Below are positions 36,837-50,316 of a stretch of 64,000 nt of DNA, in pieces. The stretch's first letter is position 1. Every line of letters begins with the position of its first letter. A program made the position numbers and the translations under genes. Origin of the DNA: Camelus dromedarius (Eukaryota); assembly GCF_036321535.1 (NCBI RefSeq), contig NC_087437.1, positions 15,936,001 to 16,000,000 on the forward strand. Reading direction: 5' to 3'. The notes below the pieces were generated by a model. That model had not been told where the DNA came from, ran no database searches, and saw nothing but the letters and a program-made list of their open reading frames with translations.

Positions 36837-37979
36837 GAGCAGAGGGTGGCATGAACTTGAGTTTTGAACTCAGCTCCCGAAACGGAATGTCTTCCCCATC
36901 TTATTTCAGTTGGGCTCAAAAAAGTACCTGTGTGTCTCAGTTTGTGTTTTTCATCCTGCTCCCAAAGCAGGTGGAACTATAAATGGTGGAATTAGAATTA
37001 ATTAATAATTTATTAATAATTCTATTATTATTATTAATTATAACTGGTGGAAATCCCTCAAGGTCTTAGCACGCTCTCAAATTCTAGTTAACGTAGCGGC
37101 TTTTGAGTTTTTACTTGTCTAGTTTTTACCGGGCTTTTAGTGGGAATTTGGGAGGAACTCTGTCACGCATTACTGGCCGGTGACTATTTGACACCATCCT
37201 CCCATGTTGTCAGTTTTCTCACTCTGCATTTTTTTACTCAGACTCTTAAAAAAATTACTTCTCGTTTCTTAGGGGAATTGTTTTGAATACATATGTTGGT
37301 GTTTCAGGTGAGTATTTCAGTGGTTCGGGCTGTAATTTGGGATGCCCAGTGAAGTCGTTTATCCTGGGCCACGCTGAAAAATGGTCCCTCGGCAAGCTTC
37401 AGTCCGCGGTCAGCAATTCCAGACCCGCGGATAATGTTGTTCAGGCCACATGCCCGAGACAAGGCTTGCAGTCTACACCTCGTCAGTTCTGCAGCCAGGC
37501 AGTGACGAAAATCCCCTCTAAATGCAAAGACGTGTGAGACGCAGCCGACACACGGTGTGAAAACAGTTTGGCTGCGTCCCCTTTGCCCAACTGCATCTCA
37601 GGAGGCTTGGGAAAAACACAGAAACACCTCCTTTCCAGGATTGTTTATTTTCATGTCACACGCTTGGCGGTGGAATGAAAACAGGGCCCTAGTGTGGCTC
37701 TACTAGTGAAAATACGACTTTTACTTCTATTTTAATCCCAGAGAGGGAAAGTTCCAACTCAGCTGCTAGAGCCACTTTCTTTGAAAACTTTAAATTCGTG
37801 GTTTAGAAACAAGGACGCATGTCGCCAGAATTGGAGCAATGTGGCGGTCCCAGCCAGAGTGGGCCACGTGCTCCGGGGGCTCCCTTGTCACTTGTCCCTC
37901 CCCATCTGTCCCACACCAGGGGGTGGCCTGGAATCTGCTGCCTCGCCTCGTCCTCGGTCCACTTGTGGGAGCAGCAGCT

Positions 37980-39790
37980 TTTCATTTTTTCCAATTAATT
38001 TAAATTTTTATCAAAGTAAATGGATTAAAAATTCAATTAGTACCAAAGTGAAAAAACAGTCTCCTGCCCACCGCCCCCAGCCCGTCCTGTTCCCTAACAC
38101 TTTGATCTATTTCTTCGTTTTACTTCCATGTTTTGAATTATATGCTTATAGTGCTATTTATTGATCTCAGTTTGGACATCGTCTTTTGACTTCCTCCCTG
38201 TGATAGTTGAGGATTTGTCTCTCTTATTTTGTCCCTCTCCACATCCTTTCTCTTAATTTGTTAATATCCACCGCTCTTTCTCTTATATACCCATAATATT
38301 TTGGTTAAACATATCTGACTTCAGGATAGCTACCCGTGTGTAATACAGAATCTGTATTTATGTATTTTATTAGTCTATATTGATAACTTTATGGTTAAAC
38401 CCATGTCATAATTACATTATTATATCTATGTAAACATTGTTCAATGTGGAACCTAATTACATGGTTATTTTCTTTCTTGTATATGCCTTTTATAAAATAT
38501 GGGATTGGTAATTTCCTCATTTTTCACTTATTTAGTTTTCTGTGAATTATCTATGTGTTTTTCCCGCAAAAATCAAATCGATCCAATAATAACCAGTATG
38601 ATTTTCCCAATGCTCAGAAGGTTCAGTGACCTCCCAAGTCTGTCCTAAAATCCTCTGTTCCCCTGCTTAAACCTTGCTCTCCAGTCTTGCTACACAGTTG
38701 GCATCTTAGGAATTTTCTTTTGCTTCTTTCATACATTGTTTTCTCTGTTTCCTGAGTCTTATGTCTTCACCTTTATTGGTTTACCCTCTTGTTTAGCTTG
38801 AGTGCATCCTTCAGAAATTTCCTTAAAAAAGAAGTGTACTGGGAAGTAAGTGTGTTGTATCTCCGCCATGTCTGGAAAGATTATTCTATGCTTGCACTTG
38901 ATTGATTGGCCGGATATGAATTCTGGGTTAAAAATCATCTGAAGGCACTAATTTGATTTCTTCTACATGTCAGGGCTGCTGTTGGGATGTCTAATGACAT
39001 TCTGATTTTCCTCATTTTGTTTTGCTTGGTTTGGCTTTCTTCATTGGGAGTTTTAATATCCTTTATCTTATCCCTGGGATTCTGAAATTTCATGGTTTTT
39101 TTTTTTAAACACTCATTGCACACCATGGATATTTTAATCTGCGGTCTGATGGTTTTTATTCTAGTAAAATTTATTTTAACGAATTTTTGATCATTTCTTT
39201 CTGTCCATTTTATCAGTTATCTCTTTCTTAAAATCTCATTAGTCAAATGTGAGACTTCCTGGATAGATCCCTTTTCCTTTTTTTTTTTTTTAAATAATCT
39301 TTTTCCTATTTTTCATCTCTAAGTTTTTTGTTCTCCTGTGTAGGTGACTTCCTTAACTTCCATCATGCAACCATTTTACTGATTTTTTTTTTTTTGCTTT
39401 TATTTTTATTTTCTAAGACCTATGTCTTTTCATAGCATCCTGTCCTTTTTTCTTGAGTATATTATCTTCCCATCTCTCTGAGGATATTTATTTTAACTTC
39501 AGACATTTTATTCAGTTCTCTGCTTTGCTGCTTTTTCTGCTGGATGCCCTTTCTGTTCGTAGGCTTTTCTATCTCATGTTGCAACTTAAAAATCACATCT
39601 GAATAGCCAAGCTGTCTGTTCACATTTTAGCGTGCGGCACTGAAAAATGATCAGACGTTCCATGTCAGTGGCTGGGGCTTATTGGTGGATGGATGAAACT
39701 GTCAGGTGGTCAGATGGCAAGATGACCAATTCACGGAGGTTAATATCCCAGTTTTCTCAGATGCCCTTCCATTTCCCAAGAGACGATTTC
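37980..39790 (-). mobile_element. Ancient HAL1/L1M-like fragments
   Basis: T-rich; ggatatgaattctgggttaaaaatc and ttatctttatccctgggattctgaaatttca motifs. Confidence 0.55.
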
Positions 39791-42700
39791 TCCATTCCCC
39801 TGGCTTGCTATTTATTTGTGTGTTTGCAGCAGAGGCATCTCTGCCTGTACACCCCACTTCTGCCCATGGAGGACTTTGCCTCTGAGAAGTTCCAGTGACC
39901 CGGCAGCTCACGTGGCCTCACTCGAGGCCAGACACTGTGGCCATTCCTCGAAGTCAGCATCCCCTCCTCCCTCCCAGACCTTTGTATGCTGTGTCTTTCC
40001 CTAAGTTCCCTGTCCATGGGGAGTTTGCACCTTTTCTACTCTTAATGTCATTCCCTGGAGTTCCAGGTGGTAGCAAAGAGAAACATGTTTGAATTAGAGA
40101 TTTGAGTATGGATGACGGTGGCAAAGTCGATGAATCTTAGGACTGATCAGCACAGTGGGGCAGGAGAGAAGAACCCGAGGGCATCGCCAGGAGGGAATAG
40201 GAGCCCTTGGGCTTAGATGCAGGATTCAGTCTGTGTTGGGATTGAGTATAGCAGGGGACCTCCTTTCCTGCAAATGTGACAATCAGAGTAGACCCTGGAA
40301 TTGTTTACTGAGGATTTGGTTTAAAGGCAGAGAGACAGACTTAGAGAACTCAAGGCCAAAGCTCACCTCGAGGATAGGGTAGCCTGTGTCTCATGGGGAA
40401 GGTCAGCTCCCTTTGGGACCTTCCATCATTACAGCCCCTGGAGTCCCCGAATCAAGGCCAGGACAGCTGCTCTGTTTGTTGACTCTCTAGGCCCCAGTCC
40501 TCCTGACTCTAAAGTGAGGAGGTGGTTTTCAGCCTCTTGGAGTACGTGGCTGTGAAATCACTATCTACAGAAGGCTCTGGGAAAGGAACCACCATTGACT
40601 GAGAGAACTTGCTCTGTGCCAGAGCCAGCATTAGAGACTTCACATCTGCAAATTCTCGCTCAGAATGGGTTTGACTGTCCTCCGAGGAAGGCGGGGGATA
40701 GCTTGAGCCAGGGTGGTATCCTTGAAAAATGAGAAACTGCTGTTTCTGAGTAAATTGTTTGCAAACAGGTTGAGAGGAGGAGTTGGGAAATGAAGACGAA
40801 TAAATCACCCACCCTTTCCTGTTGCATCAAGAAGATTCCATCAGAGTCCAGGGCACTCCGCCTTGGCCCCCGAGCGCTCAATAATGTGTCACAGATTCAG
40901 AGTTTAGTTGCTGGAAGGGGCCTGAAAGGTTCTTGCAAAACGCCTCCCTTTGAAGATTCCTGCTACTCTGAGGCTCCCGTGCTGCACGCACTCCCCCACA
41001 CCATTAGTGTCAAACCTTCGTCAATATTTAAACATTCATTATTCAGAATTTCATTTCTCTGCTCCCGTTCTCTTTTTTTTTTTTTTTTTTTTAACGTGGA
41101 GGAGGAAAGAAAAACAAGGTTAGCAACTGTATCCTGGATTTCTGCAGGCAAGAAATGAGCCACTTCAAAGCTGAGTTGATTTACTGGATAAATATATATT
41201 TAAACATTTGGGGACTTTAAATGTATATTATTTACCAGAGAAATAGGGGGCATCCTTCAGCCTCCACGAGGCAAAGATGTATCGACACAATTTCAACTGT
41301 ATGGTTGTGTCTTTGATAAATCAGCCTGACTCCTTCAGACCTTCATGGTCCACTGGAGGGAGAATACGCACCTCCTGTCTGGGGAGGGCAAGGGGCAGAC
41401 AGGCAGGGAGGTACAGCCAGGTCTGGCTGGAAGGGTCTCCCACCGGAAGCTCCGAGTGGCACAGAAGCCTCTGTCGAAGATCCTGTGGGAGGGACACAGG
41501 CTCCTGACTGTGCAGCATCTCAGGTCCCTGAGGCTGTGAGAAGCAGGCATGTCTGCCTTGGGGAGAACTGGAGGCTGGAATTCCAAGCGGGACCCTGGGG
41601 AGGTCTGTTGCAATGAAGCTATAGCTTTAGTGCCTTGACAAGGCTCGGCCCCGAGTCACAGCCATGGGGAGCCTGGGGAGGTCCTGCCAAGTGGCTTTGC
41701 CCAGAAAGTCCTTGCATGCAAGCTCAGGTGATCCTGTCAAGGCAGCTGTGTGGCTCCTGGCAGCAGGTGCTTTTGAAGGTCACTGGAAGGGGGCTTGTGA
41801 CGATGCAAGCAGATGGGGGGACCCCAGCCCTGTAGCTGGCTTGTAAATGCAGCATCTCATCCCCTGGGAGCCTGCAGGACCTCTCCTGGGGTGGGCCTGG
41901 CAGGATGGACCCTGCCTGGAGGACCTGAGTAGGACTGAAAGCCAGAAGGAAGGGGGACGATGGTTGGGGAGGCTGCCCATTGGAGCTGAAGGTGGACAGA
42001 GGGGAGCCCCGAGTATCGAAGGCCGAGCACTCACACACTCCTCAGGCTGGAGCCATCCTCCACGGGGCCCCCACCCCCTGTCTGCTGCCAGCTCACAGCC
42101 ATCTCCAGGACTGCACTCTGAGCTCATTCTTCTAATTCCACTGGGGTTTGGAGCCACGTGGCCCGAGCCCTGGGTTTCTGCTGCTCACAGGGAGCGGGTA
42201 GGCATACACTGTGCCCACAACCCTGATTGCATCTGTCGCCTGCCCTCCTGCATCTGTCTCTCCTGGGGATGGCTGCAGAGGCTGCTGTCACCCTCGGCAC
42301 GGGTCTATGGTTTCTCTTACCCCCAGGCCTTGTCTGTGCCCTTTCTCACTGAGCTCCTTATGCATGGAGTCAGGATACTGCCTCTTAGTTCCACAGATGC
42401 CGAAGCTAGAATTGCACAGGGGAAGAAAGGACTGTCTCCTATTCTAGCCCAGTATTTACAATAATTACATGCAGTGATAAATGGAATTGGGGAAAGTGAA
42501 TTAGCTTTAATTAGGGGGTCTTTTATTCTTAAAGTACATCCTAGGAGGCACATCCTTGGGTAATTAGAGAAGGAGGTTGAAATCCCGCAGATCCCGTGTT
42601 CGGGGCATGGCCTCCCACTCTGGACCCTCCACTGATCACCCGTCTACATTCATCTGGCTCCTGTTCTGGGGAAGGCTGGGCGGGCTGGAGACCTCATGTT

Positions 42701-44927
42701 TATTGGCCTTGAGATACTATTTCAATGTCTTCTGCCACCATGGACATCCTTCTGTGTTGCATGAGTCACAGACCATCCAAAACCTATGAGCTTGTGGCTG
42801 GGGTCAGATGACTGGCCCGCATGGAGGCCTGTGTATAACATGCCAGCCCTCTGCTGTACCAGCAAGAAGAGAAAATTGGTCCCTAGGGAGGTTAGCTCAT
42901 GGGACTTGTCAAAGTGTCTGGTCTGGTGGGTCCAGAGATGTGCGGAAAAGAGGGGCATGAGGGCGTGAAAATCCGCTTAGGTGCTAACATTCATTTACCT
43001 CTCTCTCCATCCATCCTCCTTCCATCCACCTGTGTCTCGATCCATTCTCTGATGCCACGTACACCCACTGAGTACCCTCCAGTGGCTTCCAGACTCGGGC
43101 TAAAGGTTGAGGACAAGTGAGAAGCTACACCTGACCCTGGAAGCCCAAGGGTGGGTAGGGAAGGCAGTGTAAATAGCCTGGCAAGGCTGATGGAGCCCCG
43201 CCTCTGGAGGACCAGAGCTTCAGACCCATATCATACTTAAAGGGGGACAGGTAGTGCCAGAGAGAGCTGGGGCAGGTCTGAGCAGCTGCTAGGGCTTGCT
43301 TGAATTGGTCAGGGACAGACTTAATTGAGGAAGTGGTGGAATTGGCACACACCTGTCCAAACTGGTCAGGATGGAGGGGGCAGGCTTCGATGGCCTGTGA
43401 GGTCAGCAGGCCCCACTGCTTTACCGTTCTGCGCCATCTCTACCACATGGGGACCCTGCAGCTCACAGGTTAGCACGCCCTGAGACAGAGAGAGTCGTGG
43501 CCCCGCAGCCTGTCACATCTTCACCATTAATTCCACCCTCAGACCTGCGCGTGGTCCTCCTCACTCAGCCACCATCACAGTGTAACTGGTGGGTTTCTCA
43601 GCCTTCACTTTCCCTTGAAAAGCTGTCTGAACTAGATGCCTTCGCCTCTCTGGTCAGTAGGGTCCTGGTGTCTATTTAGGGAATTTCTAGATCAGCAGGC
43701 TGTATTGTCAGCAGGCAGCCAGGTTAGAAAAGCCAAATTTGGAAGCCACAGTTAGCATCTGCCCAGAGTATAGCAATGGGCTGAAGGGGCCGGAGTCCAG
43801 GCCTGTGGAGATTTACAAAGTGGGCATATGGACTTGACAGGCAGTAACCATAAGGACAGCTTTCTGCTGCCATGGTTGATTCGGGGAGTAGGACGCCAGG
43901 CGAAGTGGGCAGGACCAGAGCTCTGGGATGGTAGATGGACTGTGAAGAAATGGATGGGTTGTTACTCTGGAATCCAGCATTCCCAAACAGGGGGAATATC
44001 CTGACCTGGGATGCAGCCACCCTCACACCAGGCCCCATAATGAGAGATTTAGCACGTGCCAAAGACCTAGAGTCATTGCTCAGGCCCCAAAGCAAAATGA
44101 GGGTTCTCAGTACAGCGGATCACTCTGAACTCAATCTCCTTACCCTAGATGCACACCAAAAATGAAAAGTCTGCCCTTTGTTTCAAATCTCCATGAGACA
44201 GGAGGAATGGGGAGGATGAGTCTCTGGCCTCTGGGGAGGGTTTGATAGAATTTTCTGTGGTCCTGGCCTTGAAAACTGGACAGGGTTCAGCTGCTCAGGG
44301 TGATGTCCCTTGAGGATAAATGTTTTGTGCGGAAACACACTAGTTAGGTATGTAAGGGAGAAAATGACCAGCTTTGCATGGATTTGGCTCTTAAAGGTCA
44401 CTACACTAGTTCCTAACACAAAAATATTGGAAGAGATTTAGAAAATGGACCAAGTCCATTTTACACAAGGGGAGACTCAAGTTCAGGGGATTTGGGTGAC
44501 TTGCCGGGGACGGCATCTGTTTCTAATCCATCCGCAACCCCATCAGTGCTGATTTCCTTTTGGTGGGGGTTTTGAAGAAGAATGAACGGGCTAAAAATTT
44601 GTATTGTACCTCAGGTCCACTTTGGATAATAGTTTCATTACAGAACAAGCCAGGAGGTACAGGGTTGAAATGTGGATTTCATACTTCCTGGGGGTTCCAT
44701 GATGCTTGTGTGGCGCGGGTGCTAATTGATCTGTGTTGCCGGAAGGGTGGATTTCATCAGGATGCATTTGCTCCGTCTCCTTCGCTTTTGACTGTTTGGG
44801 TGATTTATGCAGAAAAGTTACAGGAATTCTGTAGTCAGTGTTAGAACACTTTCCTGGTGTGCCCTGTATCGGTCCTTACCCTTTTCATTTATTTATTTCA
44901 TTCTATTCTTTTAAAAAAATTTCAGAG

Positions 44928-45368
44928 TTATTTATTTTTTTAATTGGAGTATAGTCAGTTTACAATGTTGTGTCTGTTTCTGGTGCACAGCATAGTGTCT
45001 CAGTCTTACATGAACACACAGATACTCCTTTTCGTATTCATTTTCATTTTCATTATAGGCTACTTCAAGATACTGAATATAGTTCCCTGTGCTGTACAGT
45101 ATGAACTTGTTGTTTATCCATTTTGTACATAGTAGTTTGTATCTGCAAATCTTGGAACTCCCAATTTATCCCTTCTCACCCCCTTCCCCCCAGGGGGTTC
45201 TCTATGTCTGTGAGTCTGTTTCTGTTTTGTAAATAAGTTCATTTGTGGCTTTTTTCTTCAGATTCTACATTTAAGTGATATATGGTATTTTTTTATTGAG
45301 GTATATGATATTTTTCTGTCTCTTTCTGGCTGACTTCATTTAGAATGACGATCCCCAGGTCCATCCAT
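44928..45368 (-). mobile_element. Young L1 3' end (~440 bp)
   Basis: T tail followed by ttggagtatagtcagtttacaatgttgtg...gtaaataagttcatttgt...ttagaatgacgatccccaggtccatcca. Confidence 0.9.
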
Positions 45369-45585
45369 CCTTTTTTGTTTTACCATGATCATCATTTATG
45401 CCCATCAGCCTAAAAGCCCCAAAATATTTATTTGCTCCTGACACAGAGCTCTGGTGTGTCCCCTTGCCCCTGCCATCACCTTTACCAAAACAAGGTGGCA
45501 GGGGTGAGCTGGCCACGAGCAGCTCCAGTGGGGCAGCGTGGCCAAGTCCATCTGTGGGCTTGCTTCTCACTTGCATGGAAGAGAG

Positions 45586-46050
45586 ATAACAGCAAATTCT
45601 TTGACACTCATTCCATGGAGAGAAGGGGCCCGTTTACTCTCCCCTTCACTCTGGGCTGGGCTGTGACTGCTCTGAGCAATCAAGTGTGGCGGGAGTGACC
45701 CTTTGCCCCTTCCAGGCTTTGCCTTTAAGAGTATGTGCTGCCCTCTCCTTGGTCTCCTGGTGCCCTGAGCCGCCATTTAACAGTCCAGCTACTCTGCCAG
45801 AGAGAGTCCGTGGGGAAGCCTGGACACTGCAGGGTGAGGGAGATGGGCCCAGCAGAGCCCAGCCTGCCAGCTGGCCCTGCCATGGTGCCAGGCAGGGGAG
45901 GGAGGCCATCTTGGAGCCCCCTGCCCCTGTCCACCACCAGCTGAATACCACTGAGAGACCCTGCTAAATGCCACTTGGGGTCTAGGAATTACCCCACCAA
46001 CCTCCGTCTGAATTCCTGACCCACAGAAACTCTATAAATAATAAAAATAT
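45586..46050 (+). mobile_element. MaLR LTR, MLT1H/I-like
   Basis: caaattctttgacactc...gtgactgctctgagcaat...gaattcctgacccacagaa; complementary to the 747-1315 copy. Confidence 0.75.
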
Positions 46051-46250
46051 GAGTTTGGAGTCTGACTTCCTGGCTTTGGATCCCAGTTCCATCACTTTAT
46101 GGCTGTGTGACCTCAGGCAAACGCTGATCCTCTCTGAAACCTTCGTTCCAACATGTGTAAAACTGGGTCACACTACTTTCTTTTCAGAAGAATTGTGAAG
46201 TGTATACCATAGTATGGTACGAAGGGCTGGCAGATAGTCAGTGTGCAATA
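46051..46250 (+). mobile_element. MIR
   Basis: tttggagtctgacttcctgg...atcccagttccatcactta...ctgtgtgacctcaggcaa. Confidence 0.8.
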
Positions 46251-47532
46251 CATCCAAGCTCTCCTTTGAACATTTTGCGAGCATCTAGAACTCCCTCAGG
46301 CAACGGTGTCTTGGGAACAGGTCCCCCATATGCGGTGATGTCCCGAGAGCCTCCTGACTTGTCGTCTTGGGGACCTGCGGTGTCGGTATGGAAGGGCCAC
46401 CCAAAATGCTGAGCCCTAGGCCTGGGGGGGCAATTGGTGAGCTGGATCCCTATGGCTCCGCCTGCCAGAAGTGCAGGAACGACATTGGGTTCATGGACAA
46501 GACACACCTGTTTCTGCAGATGTGCCCATGTGCCCATGCACACATGAGCATGTGTCGAAGGCGAGGAGAAGGGGCTGAGGTTGAAGATGCTGAGTGCGCA
46601 TGGCTGTGAGGAGCACTGATGCGGGAGCAGCGAAGGCTCAGGGCACTGTGTCACAGCCCTGCGAGCCCCCGGGCTGCCCGGCTCAAAGATAATGCACAGA
46701 AAGCTCTTCCTAAACTGTAAAGCACTGTCTACACACAAGGCATTATTCTTAAGAACATGACAAAGAGGAGGAGGAGATAGAGGAAGTGGACGTGGAGAAA
46801 TCCGCCTGAATCCTCCTGATAACAATTTTACATCTATAATTCCTTCCCCTTCTTACAGCATGGGAATTTTATGGGGATTAGTGAGGTCCAGCTGCAGAAG
46901 GCGTGGAGCCCCTTAGGAAAGGCTCAGCCAGGACTTTATTTAATGCATCCCCTCAGAGGGGATTTTCTATTGTGTGGAAATACTCCCTGCTGGTAAAGGA
47001 TGAATTCCACTGCCTGGGGGCCCCTTCCCTTGTCTCCGTAAACCAGGAGGGCAGGGATGCACTCACCCTTCAGGATGCAGTGGTGGGTGTGTTGGGTGAA
47101 CTACTTAGAACTCTGTATCCTCAATTCCCATTTCCTCCCTCCTTATCTCTGCCCTGGAGAGAAGAACTCCTGGAACCTATCATCCCCCCTCCTTCACACC
47201 ACAACGTGGGACCCCTGGAGTTTGCGTGTGTGGCCCAGAGCTGCTGGTGTGCTGAGACGCACACACGCCCAGGGAGCCCTCTGTGGCTGCAGAGATGCTA
47301 GCTGTGGTGCTGGCGTTCATGGCCTCCCTGTGGGGCTCCTTCCTCAAGGTGGGTTTCTTACCTGCAGGTATTTCAACTAGTCTTGTATAAGGAACCCCTG
47401 GTCTTACGCCCACCTCATAGCCCAAGCCAGTCTACCCTCTGAAAGAGAAAAAGAAGCTGCAGACTCCATGGGCAAGGAGGTGAAAATCTGAAGCCCAAGA
47501 TTTGAGACCACGAGGATGGCATTGGGGGTAGG

Positions 47533-47772
47533 GGGTGGTGCTGGATACAACACGAAACGCCCAGTTAAATTCCAGTTGCAGATAAACAATGAATTACTTT
47601 TTGGTATAAGTATGTCTCGAATGGATTTCTCACAAAGAATGAGTTTTCAGTATAAGTATATCCCATGCACTATTTGGGACATACTTATGCTGAAACAAAT
47701 CACTTGTTTGTCTGAAATTCAGAGCCACTTGGGTGGGCATCTCGTGTTTCCTTTGCTAAATCCCACAAGCCG
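47533..47772. mobile_element. MER53 palindromic hAT MITE with a duplicated internal arm
   Basis: acgcccagttaaatt...cagataaacaatgaa...gtataagtat...gggacatacttat...ttgtttgtctgaaattca...tttgctaaatc. Confidence 0.85.
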
Positions 47773-49299
47773 ACCAGAAGAGGGCTGCCCCTCCTGAAGG
47801 GGTAGTCGGGGTCTTGTGAATGGAGCTGAGTTTTACTGAGTTCCTTGAATTTGTAAGGCAGCCTCAGCTGACTGTTTCCTCTCAAGGAATCACTTGTACC
47901 AAGGTCAGTGGCCCCGGGTAGGTGCTGCCTTATTATCTCCTGTGTCCAAATAGGAAGCACATCCTTCAACTGATCTAGAGAAACCTCATGACTCATCCCC
48001 GCACGTCCTTCTTTCAGCGTCTGAATGGCTCCCCACGCCAAGGAGCAAATGCTGGACCATTGAATTACTGTTGAAGAGGTTAACTCCTAGGATTTCATTT
48101 TCTTGTTTATATTCTGCTCTCCTATCAGAAAGAATGTGGAATATCTGAGCCCTCCCTTCACTATAGTTTGGCAGTAATCTTTTAACTGTTAGTAAACCAG
48201 GCTCAGGATTAGTCAAGGCTCAAATGGGGCTCTTTTAATGCGCAAATACCCATCTCAGAGTGTGAAACCCCCATGAGGCCAGAACCTGGAGTAAAGAGTC
48301 TCCTTCACATGAGCTGTCTCGTTTTCCTCCCTCCGCTCTGTCTGCTCCGACTTGCCGGTCAGCAGCAGGTCTCGCTGATCTCCCTGTCTGGGGAGGCATC
48401 TTTCCCGTATCTGGCTGGGGGTGCCCTGTGGACTCCCCGCCCTCTCCCATGTAAGGGCCTACTCCATCTTCATTCCAGGAATTTCCAAGATGCATTCCTG
48501 GGGTGGAAGCGTCTTGCATCCGTAGAGATTCAGCTGCTTCTGGTACCGATGCTGCCTTGAGGCTGGTTGGTCCCTTGTACCTCAGATTGTGCTCCATAGG
48601 TCCTTTCCTGAGTTAGTGCCTGGGGAGGAAGACGTGGGAGAGAGGCTGACCTGCGTGTGCCCTGAAGCTGGGGGTGAGTGGAGGACAGCGAGGGGGGAGC
48701 ATGTCGGCTGGCTTCCCAGTGATCCCGCACCAACCTGTCCTGGAGTCTCCCCGGCACTCTGTGCTTCCCAAGCTTGTCCTGAGAGCAAGTAGGGCAGTCC
48801 CAGGTTGGCAGGCAGATATTGCAAAATGAATGTCCTGAGGAGTGAATTTATTAGGAATTGGATTCTAATTAAAACAGAATTTGCCTCACTTTCAAGCCAC
48901 TAATTAAAGAAAAAAAAAGGGTTCTGCCTACAGTCACTGCAGCTCCCCAGAAGGTCAAAGGGGTGGATGTTTCTGTATGTTACAAGTGTGTGCAGGGAGT
49001 TTGGTGCTGTCATGGCCACTGTAACGACTAAAGGCCGTGAAAGTGATAAGAACCACCTCCTGAGGGCTTGCAAAAGTGATGGAGCCGTGCTCTCCTGGAG
49101 CAGAATAGCTGTGCCTGCTCCTACCCTGAGGGACCAGTGCCCATGGATGCAGGCTAGCATCTTGCCCTGGGCAAGCAGCAGAGGAACATCACTCCACCTG
49201 GGGTCAGCCGTGCCCAAGGTGCTGCAGAGCAGAGAGGCTAAGAACACCAGCATCGTGGTCCGAGAGAACCCAAGTTCATCATCGCAATTCCGCTTACTT

Positions 49300-49490
49300 T
49301 TTTAGACTCTGGTTTAATACGGGGCACGTGACTTCACCTCTCTGAGTCTTAGTTTCCTGGCCTGTAAATGAAAGTAATTAGATTCGTTTCATAGGGCTGT
49401 TGGAAAGAGGAAGCAAGATAACATAGGCAAAGGTCCCAGCATAATGTCTGTCCCTTAGTAAATGTTTAATAAATGGTACTGATGATTATT
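49300..49490 (+). mobile_element. MIR
   Basis: ggcacgtgacttcacctctctgagtcttagtttcc...ctgtaaatg...catagggctgtt. Confidence 0.8.
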
Positions 49491-49968
49491 AGAAAACACA
49501 TTAATTAGGTCTGCAGTGTCTTAACACATTTGGTTGTTTTTAAAATAATGCCTTCTAAGCTAAAATAAGCTGCCTGCTTAATTCAGCTGTATTCTTAGCT
49601 CATGCATTGCAGTATAGATTACTCTCTTTCCTGAAATGTTTTCCCCCTACATTTTCACCTTTTGTGTTTTCTTTGCTTGATGTGTCTAATCTCTTGACGC
49701 AGCTTGGAAAGAAGGCTGAGTATGAACGAGATAGGTGATTAGTTGTTCAGGAGATGCCTACAAAATCCTGAGGAATTTAATTTTACTGTCACAGAGAGGA
49801 TCTCAAAGTGTGCTCCGTGGACCCCTAGGAAATCATTTTAGGGGATCTTCAAGGGCAGAACTATTTTCATAACAAAACTTACATGCCATTTGCCTGTTTC
49901 ACTGTGTTGATGTTTGCACAGATGGTGGGTAAAACTTGGATCTACCTAAATATGGAGCTGGTATTCTT

Positions 49969-50275
49969 TATTTTTAATTGAAGTATAGTCGGTTTACAGT
50001 GTGTCAATTTCTGGTGTACAGCATAATGTTTCAGTCATATATATACATATATATTCATTTTCATATTCTTTTTCATTATAGGTTACTGTAAGATACTGAA
50101 TATAGTTCCCTGTGTTATACAGTATAAACTTGTTTATCTATTTTCTATCACTCATATGAGGAATCTAAAAAAGAAGACACTAACAAACTTTTCTACAAAA
50201 CAGACTCATAGACATAATAAACTTACGGTTACTGGGGGGAAATGGGGTGGGAAGGGATAAGTTAGGACTTGGAGA
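49969..50275 (-). mobile_element. Short young L1 with 5' inversion; 13-bp TSD agctggtattctt
   Basis: TSD at 49956-49968 and 50276-50288. Antisense 3' end at 49969-~50146 is joined to a sense 3' UTR piece at ~50147-50275. Confidence 0.88.
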
Positions 50276-50316
50276 AGCTGGTATTCTTAATTCTTGCCTT
50301 AGTAAGAATTAAAGGA

